64,000 nucleotides of DNA, from contig MU053493.1 in assembly GCA_013239625.1 (NCBI GenBank), positions 1,559,793-1,623,792 on the forward strand. Reading direction: 5' to 3'. The stretch is from Lama guanicoe. Lineage: Eukaryota. Each line of letters opens with the position of its first letter. Position 1 is the stretch's first letter. Under the pieces are notes generated by a model that worked only from the letters and a program-made list of their open reading frames with translations, did not search any database and was not told the origin of the DNA. The translations under genes and the position numbers were made by a program. This document shows, piece after piece, positions 12,701-23,560 of the stretch.

Positions 12701-13319
12701 TCTGCTAATACAGAAACAGGAAGAAATAAAATCTGAATAGACCTATAACTAGTAAAGAGATTTAATGAGTAACAAAAAGGCTCCCAACAAAGAAATGTCC
12801 TGGATCAGATGGCTTCACTGGTAAAACAGTAAAGAAGAATGTGCACCAATCTCTCTCAAACTCTACCAAAACCTGATGAGAACAAAACACTTTCAAAATC
12901 ATCTTATGAAGCCAGTCTTATTCTGATACCAAAGCCAAAGACACTATAAGAGAACAACAAATCAATATTCCTGACTCAAAAATCTCAGCAATATACTAGC
13001 AAAATGAATTCAATAGCATATTAAAAGGAATATACACCATGAGCAAGTGGGATTTGTCCCTGGGATGCAATATGGTCCAGCATATGAAAACCAATCAAAG
13101 GAGTTCTGTTAATCACATTAGCAGAACAAAGGATAGGAATCACCTGATCATCTTGATTGATGCAGAAAAGGCATTTGACAAAATTCAGCAGCCTTTCATG
13201 ATATAAATATTCAACAAAACCAGGAATAAAAGAAAATTACTTTAACCTACTAAAGGCCAAAAGGAAAGCCAACAACTAACATATTCAATGGTGAAACACT
13301 GAAAGTTTTCCTCTAAGAT

Positions 13320-13800
13320 TGTTACTGAGTCCAAACTTGTACTGTTTGCTCCACAAGATAACAATACATTGAGAGACAAGTTGTTGGGGCAAGTAATAGT
13401 GATTTTATTCAGAAAGCCAGCAGACTGAGAAGATGGTGGACTCATGTCCCAAAGAACCATCTTCTCCAAGTTTGAATTGAAGGCTTCTTTTATAATAAAA
13501 GTGGCAGGAGTAAAGTCCTGGTTCTGGGCAGAGTATGGAGAGGATGTGTTAATTTCTTCCTTCTTCCAGCCATTCACAGGTGGGCCTGGTCAGGATGTTT
13601 CCTGTGAGCTAAACAAAGATACTTTAGCTTAACACTCATTACTTTGGGAACCAGGGTTCCCAGAGATGGGCCATTATGTATAATTTAAGCTTATAAGCAA
13701 CATCCCTTTAGTGATTAACAAGAAATAACATACAAAGTTTAATCTTATAAATAAAAGAAACTGATCTAATATAGAGTCAGATTTGTTCTTCCCTATTACA
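13320..13800 (-). mobile_element. ERV1-class solo LTR (481 bp) inserted in L1 ORF2
   Basis: TGTTA...TTACA termini; 4-bp TSD AGAT (13316-13319, 13801-13804) whose removal restores L1 cctctaagatcagga; minus-strand TATA (~13490) and AATAAA (~13405). Confidence 0.9.
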
Positions 13801-14502
13801 AGATCAGGATCAAGACAAGGATACTCAATCTCACCACTCTAGTCAATGTAATACTAGAAGTTCTGGCCAGACCAGTTTCACAAGAAAAAGAAATAAGTAT
13901 CTAAACTGAAAGGGAAGATATAAAATTACCTTTGTTTGCAGATGACTTGATCTTATATATAGAAAATACTTAAGACTCCACCAAAAAAAACCAAAAAACC
14001 CCAAACCAAAAACTATTGGGACTAATAAATAAAATCAGCAAAGTTGCAGGGCACAGTATCAGTGCACAAAAATCAGCTGCATTTCTATATACTAACAGTG
14101 ACCAATCTGAAAAGGAAATTGAAAAGAATCATATTTATGATAGCATGTAAAATAAGAAAATACTTAGGAATAAACTTAGCCAAGGAGGCAAAGAACTTGG
14201 ATACTGAAAACTACAAAACATTGCTGTAAGAAATTAAAGAAGGCAAAATAAATGGAAAGATATCCTGTGTTCCATGGATTGGAAGACTTAATATTGTTAA
14301 AATGTCCATATTTCCCAAAGTGATTTATAGTCAGTGCAATCCCTATCAGAAGCCCAATGACACTTTGGCAGAAATAGAAAAAAACACCCTAAAATTCATA
14401 TGGAATCTCAAAGGACCCTGGATAGCTGAAACAATCCTGAGAAAAAAGAGTAACGCTAGAGGCCTCACACTTTCTGTTTTCACAGCATATTACAAAGCTA
14501 CA

Positions 14503-14564
14503 CTAAATTGTGCTCTACACTAGAATTTGACACAACATTATAAAATGACTATTACACAATAAAA
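14503..14564 (+). mobile_element. Micro-insertion: extreme 3' end of a younger artiodactyl-type L1
   Basis: tgctctacac...cacaacattataaaatgactat...aataaaaa; TSD aaagctaca at 14494-14502 and 14565-14573. Confidence 0.75.
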
Positions 14565-15930
14565 AAAGCTACAGTATTCAAAACAATATGGTACTGACAT
14601 AAAAACAGACACATTGATCAATGGAACAGAATAGAGAATCCTCACATATATGGTAGAAAAATCTTTGACAATGGCATCAAGGCTACACATTGGATATCCA
14701 GTTTCCCAGGTTTTCTTGCTGGATATCCAATGCTGAAGAGTGAAGTTGGGTCCCTACCTTACATTGTATACAAAAATCAAATCAAAATGAACTAGGGACC
14801 TAAATGTAAGACCTGAAACTATAAAACTACTAGAATAAAACAAAGGGGAGAATCTTCATTATGTTGGATTTGGTAGTGATTTCTTGGGTATGACCCAAGG
14901 CACAGACAGCAAAAGCAAAATAGACAAATGAGACTACATCAAACTTAAGAACTTCTGCATAGCTAAGGAAACAGTCAAGAAAGCAGAAAGGCAACCTTTG
15001 TAATGGGAGAAAATATTTGCAAACCATTATCTGATAAAGGGTTAATATCCAGAATATATAAGGAACTCCTACAACTCAACAACAACAAAACCCAATAACC
15101 AAATTTAAAAATGGGTAAAAGACTTGAGTAGGTATTTCCTTAAATAAGATATATAAATGACCAAGAGGGATACAAAAAGATACCCAACATCATTAATCAT
15201 GCAAAGAAATGCAAATCAAAACCACAGTGAGATACCACCTCACACCCATTAGGATGACCACAGGAAAAAAACAAACAAACAGAAAAGAAAAGTGTTGATG
15301 AGATGAAGGGAAATGAGAACTTCTGTGTTGGTATATAAAATAGAAAATAGTGCAGCTGCTACAGAAAATGGTGTGGAGTTTCCTGAAAACATTAAAAATA
15401 AACTATCATGGTTCTGTAATCCAAATAGCTGGAAGTATTGAAAACAGGTTCTTGAAGAGATATTTGCACACTCATGTTTACTACAGCATTATTCATAATA
15501 GCCAAGAGGTAGAAGCAACCTAGATATTCATGGATGGATAAATGGATAAAGAAATTGTGGTATATCCATACAGTGGAATACTATTCAGCCTTTGAAAAGG
15601 AGGAATCCTGTCATATGCTCCAACAAGCGGGAACTTTGAGGATTTTCTGCTAAGTGAAATAAGCCAGCACTGCATGAGTTCACTCATATGAGGGATCTAA
15701 AGTAGTCAAATTTACAGAAACAGAAAGTGGAATGTGGTTTCTCAGGGCTGGGGGAGGAGGAAATGAGGAGTTGTTCAGTGGGTATAGAGTTTCAGTTTTG
15801 CAAGATGTAAAAGTTCTAGAAATCAGTTGCACAAGAATATGACATAGTAAACACGACTGTACTGTATACTTAGAAATGATCGAGATGGTAAATTTTGTCA
15901 TATATTTTTAACTACAATAAGGAAAAAAAA

Positions 15931-15965
15931 GTGGATAACCTGCAGGCCGTCGTTTGCTAGATAGC
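15931..15965 (+). mobile_element. MER58A-like element, displaced 3' end
   Basis: ggataacctgcaggccgtcgtttgc resembles the MER58A terminus missing at 8370. Confidence 0.55.
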
Positions 15966-16013
15966 CTAGTATCAAAAAAAATACATACATATATATATAT
16001 ATGTATATATATA

Positions 16014-16590
16014 TTTTTATAATGCAAAACAGGTTTATTTGCATGCCAACAGTGAGGATTAGGATTCTAGATGAAAAGGAAAGCAGTCTTCTGTTAAATG
16101 GAGAAGATCAAGATTCTGGGCTTGGGACCTGCTGGGTGGGAAGACGTGCTGTGTTGCCTTCAGGTGTCTCTTTACCTGATGCTTCAGATGCCATAGCAGC
16201 CTTTTCAACCTGTCCTTTATTCTTTGCCATCTTCTCTAATTCCTCCTGATAGCCAAGCTGGTATTCCAGATAGCTTATGTTCCTGATCTGTTCATCCAGG
16301 AACTTTTTCATGAAGCGTGCGAGATTGGCTTGTTTCTTCTGAGAACCCAAGGCCTTCAGGCCTTGCAGGAGGCTGCTTAATGTGTTCTCCAACTGCAGGG
16401 CAGACTCGATAGCTTTTTTGCCAGTTCCCCAGTTTTCTATATCCAGCCTCTTAATCACAGGAAGGCAGACTTTACACTTACATTTTTTTAGATATCTTAT
16501 GAACTGCTTCGCATGTTCCCTCTTCACCTCAGCTTGGTCTTCAAAGAATGTGAGAAAAGCAGGTGTTTCTTTGTCTTCAGTGTAATAACA
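16014..16590 (-). pseudogene. 5'-truncated processed copy of a divergent ferritin-domain gene (FTDC-like)
   Basis: Open frame 16590-16108: CYYTEDKETPAFLTFFEDQAEVKREHAKQF...WGTGKKAIESALQLE...FLDEQIRNI aligns with ferritin helices B-D; continuous across ferritin intron positions; AATAAA (minus) 16034-16039; short A tail; TA-rich direct repeat on both sides; no upstream ATG (in-frame TAA 16624-16626). Confidence 0.85.
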
Positions 16591-16626
16591 TATATATATA
16601 TATATATGTATATACTTTTTTTTTTA

Positions 16627-16750
16627 GGGGATAGGGATAGCTCTGTGATAGAGCACATGCTTAGCATGCATGAGGTCCTGGGTTCAATCCCCAGTACCTC
16701 CATTTAAATAACTAAATAAATAAAAACCCAATTAATTCCCCCCCGCCAAT
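16627..16750 (+). mobile_element. Vic-1-type SINE
   Basis: gggatagctctgtgatagagcacatgcttagcatgcatgaggtcctgggttcaatccccagtacctcc plus (TAAA)n tail. Confidence 0.9.
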
Positions 16751-16759
16751 TTTTTCTTG

Positions 16760-17200
16760 AAGACTACCAAAAATCTTAATTGCAAGTTCAGCAAATTTTC
16801 AGTTTCACCATCCATTATTCGGAGTATCATTTTTACACTCATGTTTGGAATTCCTACAACAGGTTTCTCCCCTGTATGAACTGTAAGGTTTCTGGGAGTT
16901 TCACATTTTCTTGTGCAGAGATTCATCTTCTACACTCTTTTAAGTGTGAACTCCTACTAATCTCTTTGTCACTGTTATCGGCCTTTCACTATTTTGGTGG
17001 CAACTTTGCCTACTGTTTTCAACTGGAGTCATCAGACCTCCTCAGGAGGGGAGTCATCTGAGACATTTAAACCTAATCTGATACTATGTGACGTATAAAG
17101 AATGTAACTTCACATAGATGTCCCTGCACTTTATAACAGTGCTACAAGCATGCCTGATGTTCCCATGTATCCAACTTCTTGCAGCTCCCAGCAATGGTCC
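16760..17200 (-). mobile_element. hAT-Tip100 (Arthur1-like) internal part with transposase C-terminal remnant
   Basis: Minus-strand frames give ENVKLPETLQFIQGRNLL and MILRIMDGETE, resembling the hAT dimerisation-domain region; likely continues 7760-8182. Confidence 0.5.
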
Positions 17201-18433
17201 TGGCTTGCAGAGAGGGATGGCTGAGGTGGGGGGCGGTCTCCATGGATACCACCAGGGGTGACTGCCTGCTGTCTGGCTTGGGGGCTCAGGCAGGAAGTCT
17301 CCACAGCCTCGATCTGCTGCACCCAGTGCTCCAGCCACAAGCTTCCTGCTTGCCTGCGCTGGCCTTCCCCTCTGCTTACCTGGAAGGAGCCAGCTCTTTG
17401 TCCCCATTCTTGTCCACTCAGAGGTGGTGAGGGAGATGCCTAAGCCAGGGAACGGCCTCCCGGGGTTTCAGTTCCTCTCTTGTGTATTTCAGGAGGCAGA
17501 GAGTCCCAGGGGACCTCTGCGTGGCATCTAAAGGTTGGAGGAGCCCAAGCAGCAGCAGTGGCAGGGACGCAGGCAGCCCAGCACCCCAGCGTTGAGAGCT
17601 CAGCTTCCATGGCCACCCTGGCTTCAAGCAAAATCCTCAGTGAGCTCAGCAGCCCTTTCAACAAGTCTGGTTCTCCCAGGAAACCTTTCCTTATTGTGGA
17701 ATGATTTATCCTCCTTGGTGGCCTCACAGAGAGGAGACAGAATCGATTATGAGCAAACAGCCAGGGCACTGAGCACAGATGGGCCACAGAAGCTCACAGA
17801 GGCGTGGCTTTCTAGAGACAGTGTTGGCCCTTCTGTGGTGTTAGGGTGAAGTCAAGGCAAGAGAGGGACGGGGAGGTCCCTGCCCCTCCTGGGTCTCTGG
17901 CTTGGGTTTGCGTAGCATTTTTGGGGTGGGCTTCATGCCCCCTGCTCCCTGGACCCAAGTCTCCTGAATCTGGCTTCCTGTGGAAACTCACCAAGGCAGA
18001 GAAACTAAACTCATCGCCCTTGGCCTGCAGGGCTCCATCCCTTTGGTGGGCTGGAGAGCTGGAGATGGCAGGGGGAGCCCTCTTCCTCCCACCCACGCTC
18101 ACTTTTGGGGGTCCAGAGCAGCAGAAAGGTGGGTCATGTCTTCCTATGCCCTGAGATGGTCTGTGCAACTGGGGCCCCACAGAGCCGGGCAGAAGGGCCA
18201 GGTAGGCTGCTTTCTCGCCCTCCCTGCTGTTGGCCCCACTCCCCCTGGGGGTGAGGGGGCGGTGCCCCGAGCAATGGGAGCAGGGGTTTCCATCCCCCAG
18301 ACTGCTGTTATTGAAAAGGAGGCTTGACAGCAGTTAACACTTTCAATTAATCATCAGCAAAGCCATTGATGGGTAATGGGCCCTCACGCCGGCTCCCTGG
18401 GCAGACTCCAAGTGCCCAAGGGCAGGATTTTAT

Positions 18434-18631
18434 GTTTTGTTTTGTTTTGAAATTTCTGTGTTTTTTTTAAATTCTTTTTTTTTTTTTATTTTTGGTGGTT
18501 TGGGGAGGGGAGCGAAGGGAGGTAATTAGGTTTGTTTGTTCGTTTGTTTGTTTTAATGGAGGGACTGGGGAATGAACCCAGAACCTCATGCACGCTAAGC
18601 ACACACTCTACCACTGAGCTCTACCTTCCCC
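18434..18631 (-). mobile_element. Vic-1-type SINE
   Basis: tRNA-like head in antisense with long T-rich tail; perfect TSD caggattttat at 18423-18433 and 18632-18642. Confidence 0.9.
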
Positions 18632-19224
18632 CAGGATTTTATATTCTCATTTGATAAAAAACAATGGACAATATATCAGCAATCAGGTTTTTTTAAGTGT
18701 TCATTCAAATTAGGCTGCCTTTAAAATGAGCTTTTCTGCTCTCTTCTTAAGGGCGAAAACACAATGATTGGGATCTAGCAAAGTTAGGCAAACGTGATAA
18801 CCACTACACTACGGAAACCTTGCCATAGCAAAGTTAAAAAGGGGTGTTTTCATGGATTTTTGCATACAGAAAATGCATCTGTGTGTTTTTTAACTATGCC
18901 AACCTCAGGGAGGAGCCAGTGCAGGAGAGATCACTGAATCACTCAGTCACCACAGATGTCACCAGGCAGGGTGGTGACCCTGTGCTTCCTGACTTGGTGG
19001 GACCCTCAGCTCCTTCCTGTCAGCCAAGAGACACCCCCTTCCCCTGGAGAAAAGGACCAGCTTTCAGACCCTCTGTCCACTTCCCAGCACCCACTGTGGT
19101 GGCAAGACAGCAGGGACTCGATGGCTGAGATGAACAGAGAGGCTGGTTTCTATTCGTCAAGAACAAATTCAGGGGCAGGGCAAGTACTGCGTCAGTTTCA
19201 CCCTGCCCCCGGGGGCCATGCACG

Positions 19225-19397
19225 CAGAGGTGGGTTTTCCCTGGCGTAAATGAAGCTCAAACTTGGGCTCCCCACTGGTACAGCCCCTGCCAACGTCCAG
19301 CACCTAACGATGCATGTGTAAGTTTGTAATAGTTTTCTTCAAGAGGTTGCTCCAAATTGTACGTGCTTTGGGCCTTGCTAAACTCAGACCTGCCCTT
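19225..19397 (+). mobile_element. Short non-autonomous hAT-Tip100 element (Arthur1A-like)
   Basis: About 175 bp, cagaggtgggttt...aaatgaagctc...ccaaattgta...agacctgccct, with degenerate terminal inverted repeats. Confidence 0.55.
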
Positions 19398-19870
19398 ATA
19401 GATGCACCTAGAAATACAGGGAACTCTAATCCTACCAGGATCTAATCAGCTGCAGACCCCGATTCCATTGAGAGTGGCCCCCAGGACCCCATCCACCCTG
19501 GCTCTCTGTCTCAGGGTGGGCAGGGAGGAGGGAGTGGGCTGACTGATGGACCACCATGACAGCTGCACCTTGCAGGACTCCCAGCTGTGGGTGAGATATT
19601 GAGAAAAGAGGTGAGAGGGGCTGGCCTGGAACAACTCACGACAGTGAACAGGACCCCAAAGCCCCAGCCCAGAGCCTTTCTGCAGCACCACGTTCCCTCC
19701 AGGACCACATGGTCCTGGCAGAGGTCCTGGGAGGGAGACCTGGGATGGCAGCTGGCCTTATTTTCTTGTTATATGAAAGAGGAGGGTTTTATCCACAATC
19801 CTTTCTATGCTTTGTGGCAATAGATGATAAAGTAAAACATCAGCCTTGTGGGCTAGTATGGGCAGGAAAA

Positions 19871-20089
19871 TATGGTATGGTGTGGCATGGCTTGGCATAA
19901 ATGATATGATATGATAAGGCATGATATGGTTATGGTATGGTATTGGTATGATATATAATATGATATGATGTGATGCGATATGATGGGATGGGATGTGATA
20001 TGATGTGATGTGATGTGATATATGATGTTATATATGATGGGATGTGATGATGTGATGTGATGTGACATAAGGTATGACATGATGTGACA
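19871..20089. repeat. Degenerate pentanucleotide microsatellite (TATGG/ATATG/ATGTG)n
   Basis: Directly visible 5-bp periodicity. Confidence 0.95.
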
Positions 20090-20235
20090 TTCTTGAACTC
20101 AGAGTTTTTAGGGTGATGACAATATCACTTTCCTTCATTTGGGATTCACCTCTGGTGCCAATCACCCTGGGACTAGAGTGACAAGAAGGGCTTGCTTACA
20201 CTCCCCACCGTATACCTGGGTCTTCTATCAGATGG

Positions 20236-20706
20236 TGTTGTGAGTTGAATGGTGTCCCCTCCAAAATTCGTACGTGGACTTTCTAACATGACCCCAGTAC
20301 CTCAGGATGTGATTTCATTTAGTAATAGGGTCTTTGCAGAGGCAGTCAAATTAAAGTGAAGGCATTATTTTAGGGTGGGCCTTAATCCAACATGACTGGT
20401 GTCCTTATAAAAAGGGGAAATTTGGACACGGACACGCACACATACGCACAGAGAATGCTGGGTGAAGATGAAGACAGAAACAGGGTGATGCAGCTATAAG
20501 CCAGAAACAGCAGAGATGGCCAGCAAACTCCCTGGAGCCTAGGGAGAGCCTGGAACAGCTTCTCCCTCATGACTCAGAAGGAATCCACCCTGCTGACACC
20601 TCGGTCTCTGATGTCCAGCTTCCAGAGCTGTGAGATGATACATTTCTGTTCTTTAAGCCTCCCAGGCAGTGGGACTTTGTTATGGCTGCCCCAGGAAATG
20701 AACACA
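20236..20706 (+). mobile_element. MLT1C-like solo LTR
   Basis: tgttgtgagttgaatggtgtccc...ccttaatccaacatgactggtgtccttataaaaagggg...aacaca; near-TSD gatgg/gaggg. Confidence 0.88.
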
Positions 20707-20965
20707 GAGGGGAGCAAAGTGCACCAGGGTGTCAGGGCCCCTTCTCTGGGGTGAGGGGTGCACAGCCTCCCACCCTGCTGCATCCACAGGCGGCAGCGAG
20801 TCATTCAAACATCTTCCATCCCACTCCCATCCACATGGTCCCAGGGGCAGCCTCTAGTGAGGTGGGAAGCCCCATAAAAAAAGACCCGCAGGACCCCCAG
20901 GCAGGGCCACCACTCTCCTGCCAGCACCATCCGGTTCCCTGGCCCAGAGGTTCTATCTCACTTTT

Positions 20966-21437
20966 TGCCTCTGAAAAGGCTTACTTCTAGGAAAGTGGAA
21001 CTTACCCCTAAAATTCTATTGGTTCCCTGAGCTCACTCCTGATTGGTTATTTCCTTCACTCCTGATCGGTCCATTTCCCTACCTTCTTATTGGTCCATTT
21101 GTAGTATTTTATTTGCATAGAGCTCACTCCTGATTGGTCTATTTCCCTCACTCCTAATTGTTATTTCTCTCCCTCCTGATTGGTCCATTTCTACAAAGCT
21201 TGTTCCTAATTAGTCAACTTTTGTTATACCTTATTTGCATATGATGTTGCAAAGGGTAAACTGGCAGCCTATAAAAGCCTGCATAAACCTACAGACTGGG
21301 TCCGGAACTTGGAGTGTTGACTCCTCTGGGCCCTCTGGCTTAATAAACCTGAGTTCTCCAACTCTCAGAGGACTGCTTGGTCTGTTGCCCAGATCCAGGT
21401 TGCTGTCACAGCTGAGCTGTAACACTGAGCTTTAACA
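20966..21437 (+). mobile_element. ERV solo LTR with repeated CCAAT boxes and octamers (5' boundary uncertain)
   Basis: Five ATTGG, ATTTGCAT at 21111 and 21233, TATAAAA 21270-21276, AATAAA 21342-21347, ends ...taaca. Confidence 0.75.
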
Positions 21438-22435
21438 TTTTTCTGCAATATTTCAATGCTCTGAAGAATTGGTCCTCACATTGGTCCAAGGCTTCCCCTG
21501 TCTAAGTCCCTGTGTTGGAAACTACCAGTGCAAGATCTGTTCCCTCTTGGGGGTCAGGGACAGAGGGCAACATCCAGCTCTGTGGATGCCAAGCATGGCA
21601 TGGGGGAGCACATGTTATGTGGAAGACCCAGGATGGGAACCCAGCTGGCCTCCACTTGGTGGCTGAGCCCTCAAGGCTGAGCCCGGCAGCCATCGCCTCC
21701 AACTGAACCTTGGCCTCCCCTCTACTGTGGGTGACCAGGATCACTCAGGCCGGCCTGGATTTTGTGCCCAGGACCTGCACGGTGGGTGGAATAATAAAAA
21801 AACCCTGATTACACTCTGCCTGCTGGAAACAGACTGGGTCAGTGCCTGCCTAGCCTTTGAGCCCAGTCTTGGGTTTTTTGGGGTTTTTTTTGTTTTGTTT
21901 TTTGGGGGTTTTTGGCTCTCCTTTGCAGGAGAAAAGAGTTGATGTCAACACCAGGCTAAACATTCTCTGCCCTCAGAGCAGAAGACGGTGGCTTTCCCCC
22001 ATGCACGTTCCATGTATAAAACCTAAGCTTCTCATCCTAGGTGCCAGCCTTTCCGTGCTCCTCCTCACATTTTAAAAGCTCAGTCACAACATCGAATTGC
22101 ACATGTACTGTTTTGGGCACAAAGGAGGTGGTCCTGCCCAAGCTGACCACTGGAGGGCCAGCCTCTTCCTCCTGTGAATTGCTTATTCAGCGCTTCAGTA
22201 AATCCTTGACCCACCCACTCACATGCCTGCTCACTTTTGGGCCAGCACTCTGGGCTGGGCCATCAACACCCCATGCTGATCACATGGGAAGACTGCATGT
22301 CCCTCCAGGAACGCGGGAGCAGAGGGGCAAAGGGGCAACTTGACTGGCCACGGGCGGAGGGGCTTGCAGGACACTGTGGAGCCAGGGGGACACACATAGT
22401 GGAGCTAAGGGGTGGGAAGGAGCCACCTCCAGGGA

Positions 22436-22575
22436 TGCTGTGGTAATGAATTGTGTCCTTCCCCTCAGGTAATCTATTGAAGGCTTAACCTGCAGCATTT
22501 CAGAATGTGACTGTATGTGGAGATACAGTCCTTAAAAAGGTGATTAATTTAAAGGGAGGTCTCTGGAGTGGGACA
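22436..22575 (+). mobile_element. MLT1A/B LTR 5' fragment
   Basis: tgaattgtgtcc...tcagaatgtgactgtatgtggagata...ggtgattaa. Confidence 0.7.
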
Positions 22576-22889
22576 GTCCTGCACACCTTTGGGAATGACT
22601 CCTGGTAGCTACACGGGGCCCATCTGCACACCAGGAGCTTGGATCCCTCAGGCAGACCCCACCACCGCCACCGCAAATACCCCTGTTGGGGCTGGAGTGC
22701 GGTGGCTGCATCAGAGGCGGATGAAATAATAGGCAGATGGCATGCTGTCTGCCAAGGCCAGCGAGAGTGGTCCCAGGCCCTGGGCTGTCCATGGGGCTGC
22801 TGGGGTCTAGGACAGAGCAACCAGCGCTTGGAGGAAGCGAGAGGGCAGAAGAACCTTCTGGAAGCTTTACTAATACCACAGAGTACTTA

Positions 22890-23300
22890 CCTCCCTAGAA
22901 AAGAAGATGTCGGGCCCTGTGAACTGGGGATCCCTTTTGAAGGGCAAGGTAGAAATATCCACCCAAATGGGAGAGCCTAGACATTGCCCTGCCGCGTGTT
23001 TATCCTGCACGAATATCATTGCGCGTGTAATGGAAGAGAATCGGACAATTATGTTGACGAATGGGAGAAAGATGTCAGAGATCTAAGGCTAAGTGAAAAG
23101 AGCTGGCTTCATCTAGGAGCTTGTAATCCTGTTCGGGCAGATCGACACACGAAAAGCTTGCATAAGACCATACCATTTCTCGACGGATTCACGAGAAAAC
23201 TAGGGCACCGGGGGTACCTCTGGGAGAAGTCCTTTCCAGATGAAATCCTTCCTTGCTGTTTGTTTACCGTGTTCACAAGTCATTTTCACTTAAAAAAAAA
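22890..23300 (+). mobile_element. Degraded old L1 (L1ME-like) 3' fragment
   Basis: aaggctaagtgaaaagagc...ccttgctgtttgtttac...cattttcacttaaaaaaaa. Confidence 0.4.
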
Positions 23301-23431
23301 TCCACATGGAATGTAAACACTTAGAAATATATCAAGATAAAAAAAAAAAAAAAGAAGAAAAAAGGAAGAGCCCGACCAGCAATCCCATCCCCCAGAGATA
23401 ACAGTACGGTATCGTTTTGGAACGTACAGCA

Positions 23432-23560
23432 GGGAGGGTACAGCTCAAGTGGTAGAGCACGTGCTTGGCATGCACGAGGCTCCTGGGTTCAATGCCCAGT
23501 GCCTCCATTAAAAATAAATAAATGTAATTACCCTTTCCCTGAAAAACCCCACAATAAATC
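23432..23560 (+). mobile_element. Vic-1-type SINE
   Basis: gggagggtacagctcaagtggtagagcacgtgcttggcatgcacgagg...gggttcaatgcccagt. Confidence 0.9.

Larger units (their letters stand above)
8371..15930 (+). mobile_element. Near full-length, inactivated ancient L1 (L1MA/L1MB-like)
   Basis: 5'UTR with ~254-bp monomer repeats (ctggtttctgtct at 8696 and 8950); ORF1 remnant ~9960-10930; ORF2 remnant from ~11400 (aatgtaaatggattaa, gatgcagaaaaggcatttgacaaaattca, tttgcagatgac); 3'UTR and A-tail at 15916-15930; many stops and frameshifts. Confidence 0.92.

Noticed and set aside
16108..16527. Ferritin-like ORF as a functional stand-alone gene
   Set aside because: The listed start is GTG in mid-domain; helix A is missing, there is no upstream ATG, promoter or acceptor, and retrocopy hallmarks are present
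16732..16926. ORF containing HTGEKP, the C2H2 zinc-finger linker
   Set aside because: No complete C-x2-4-C...H-x3-5-H finger and no repeats; neighbouring frames resemble hAT transposase C-terminus, so the match is coincidental
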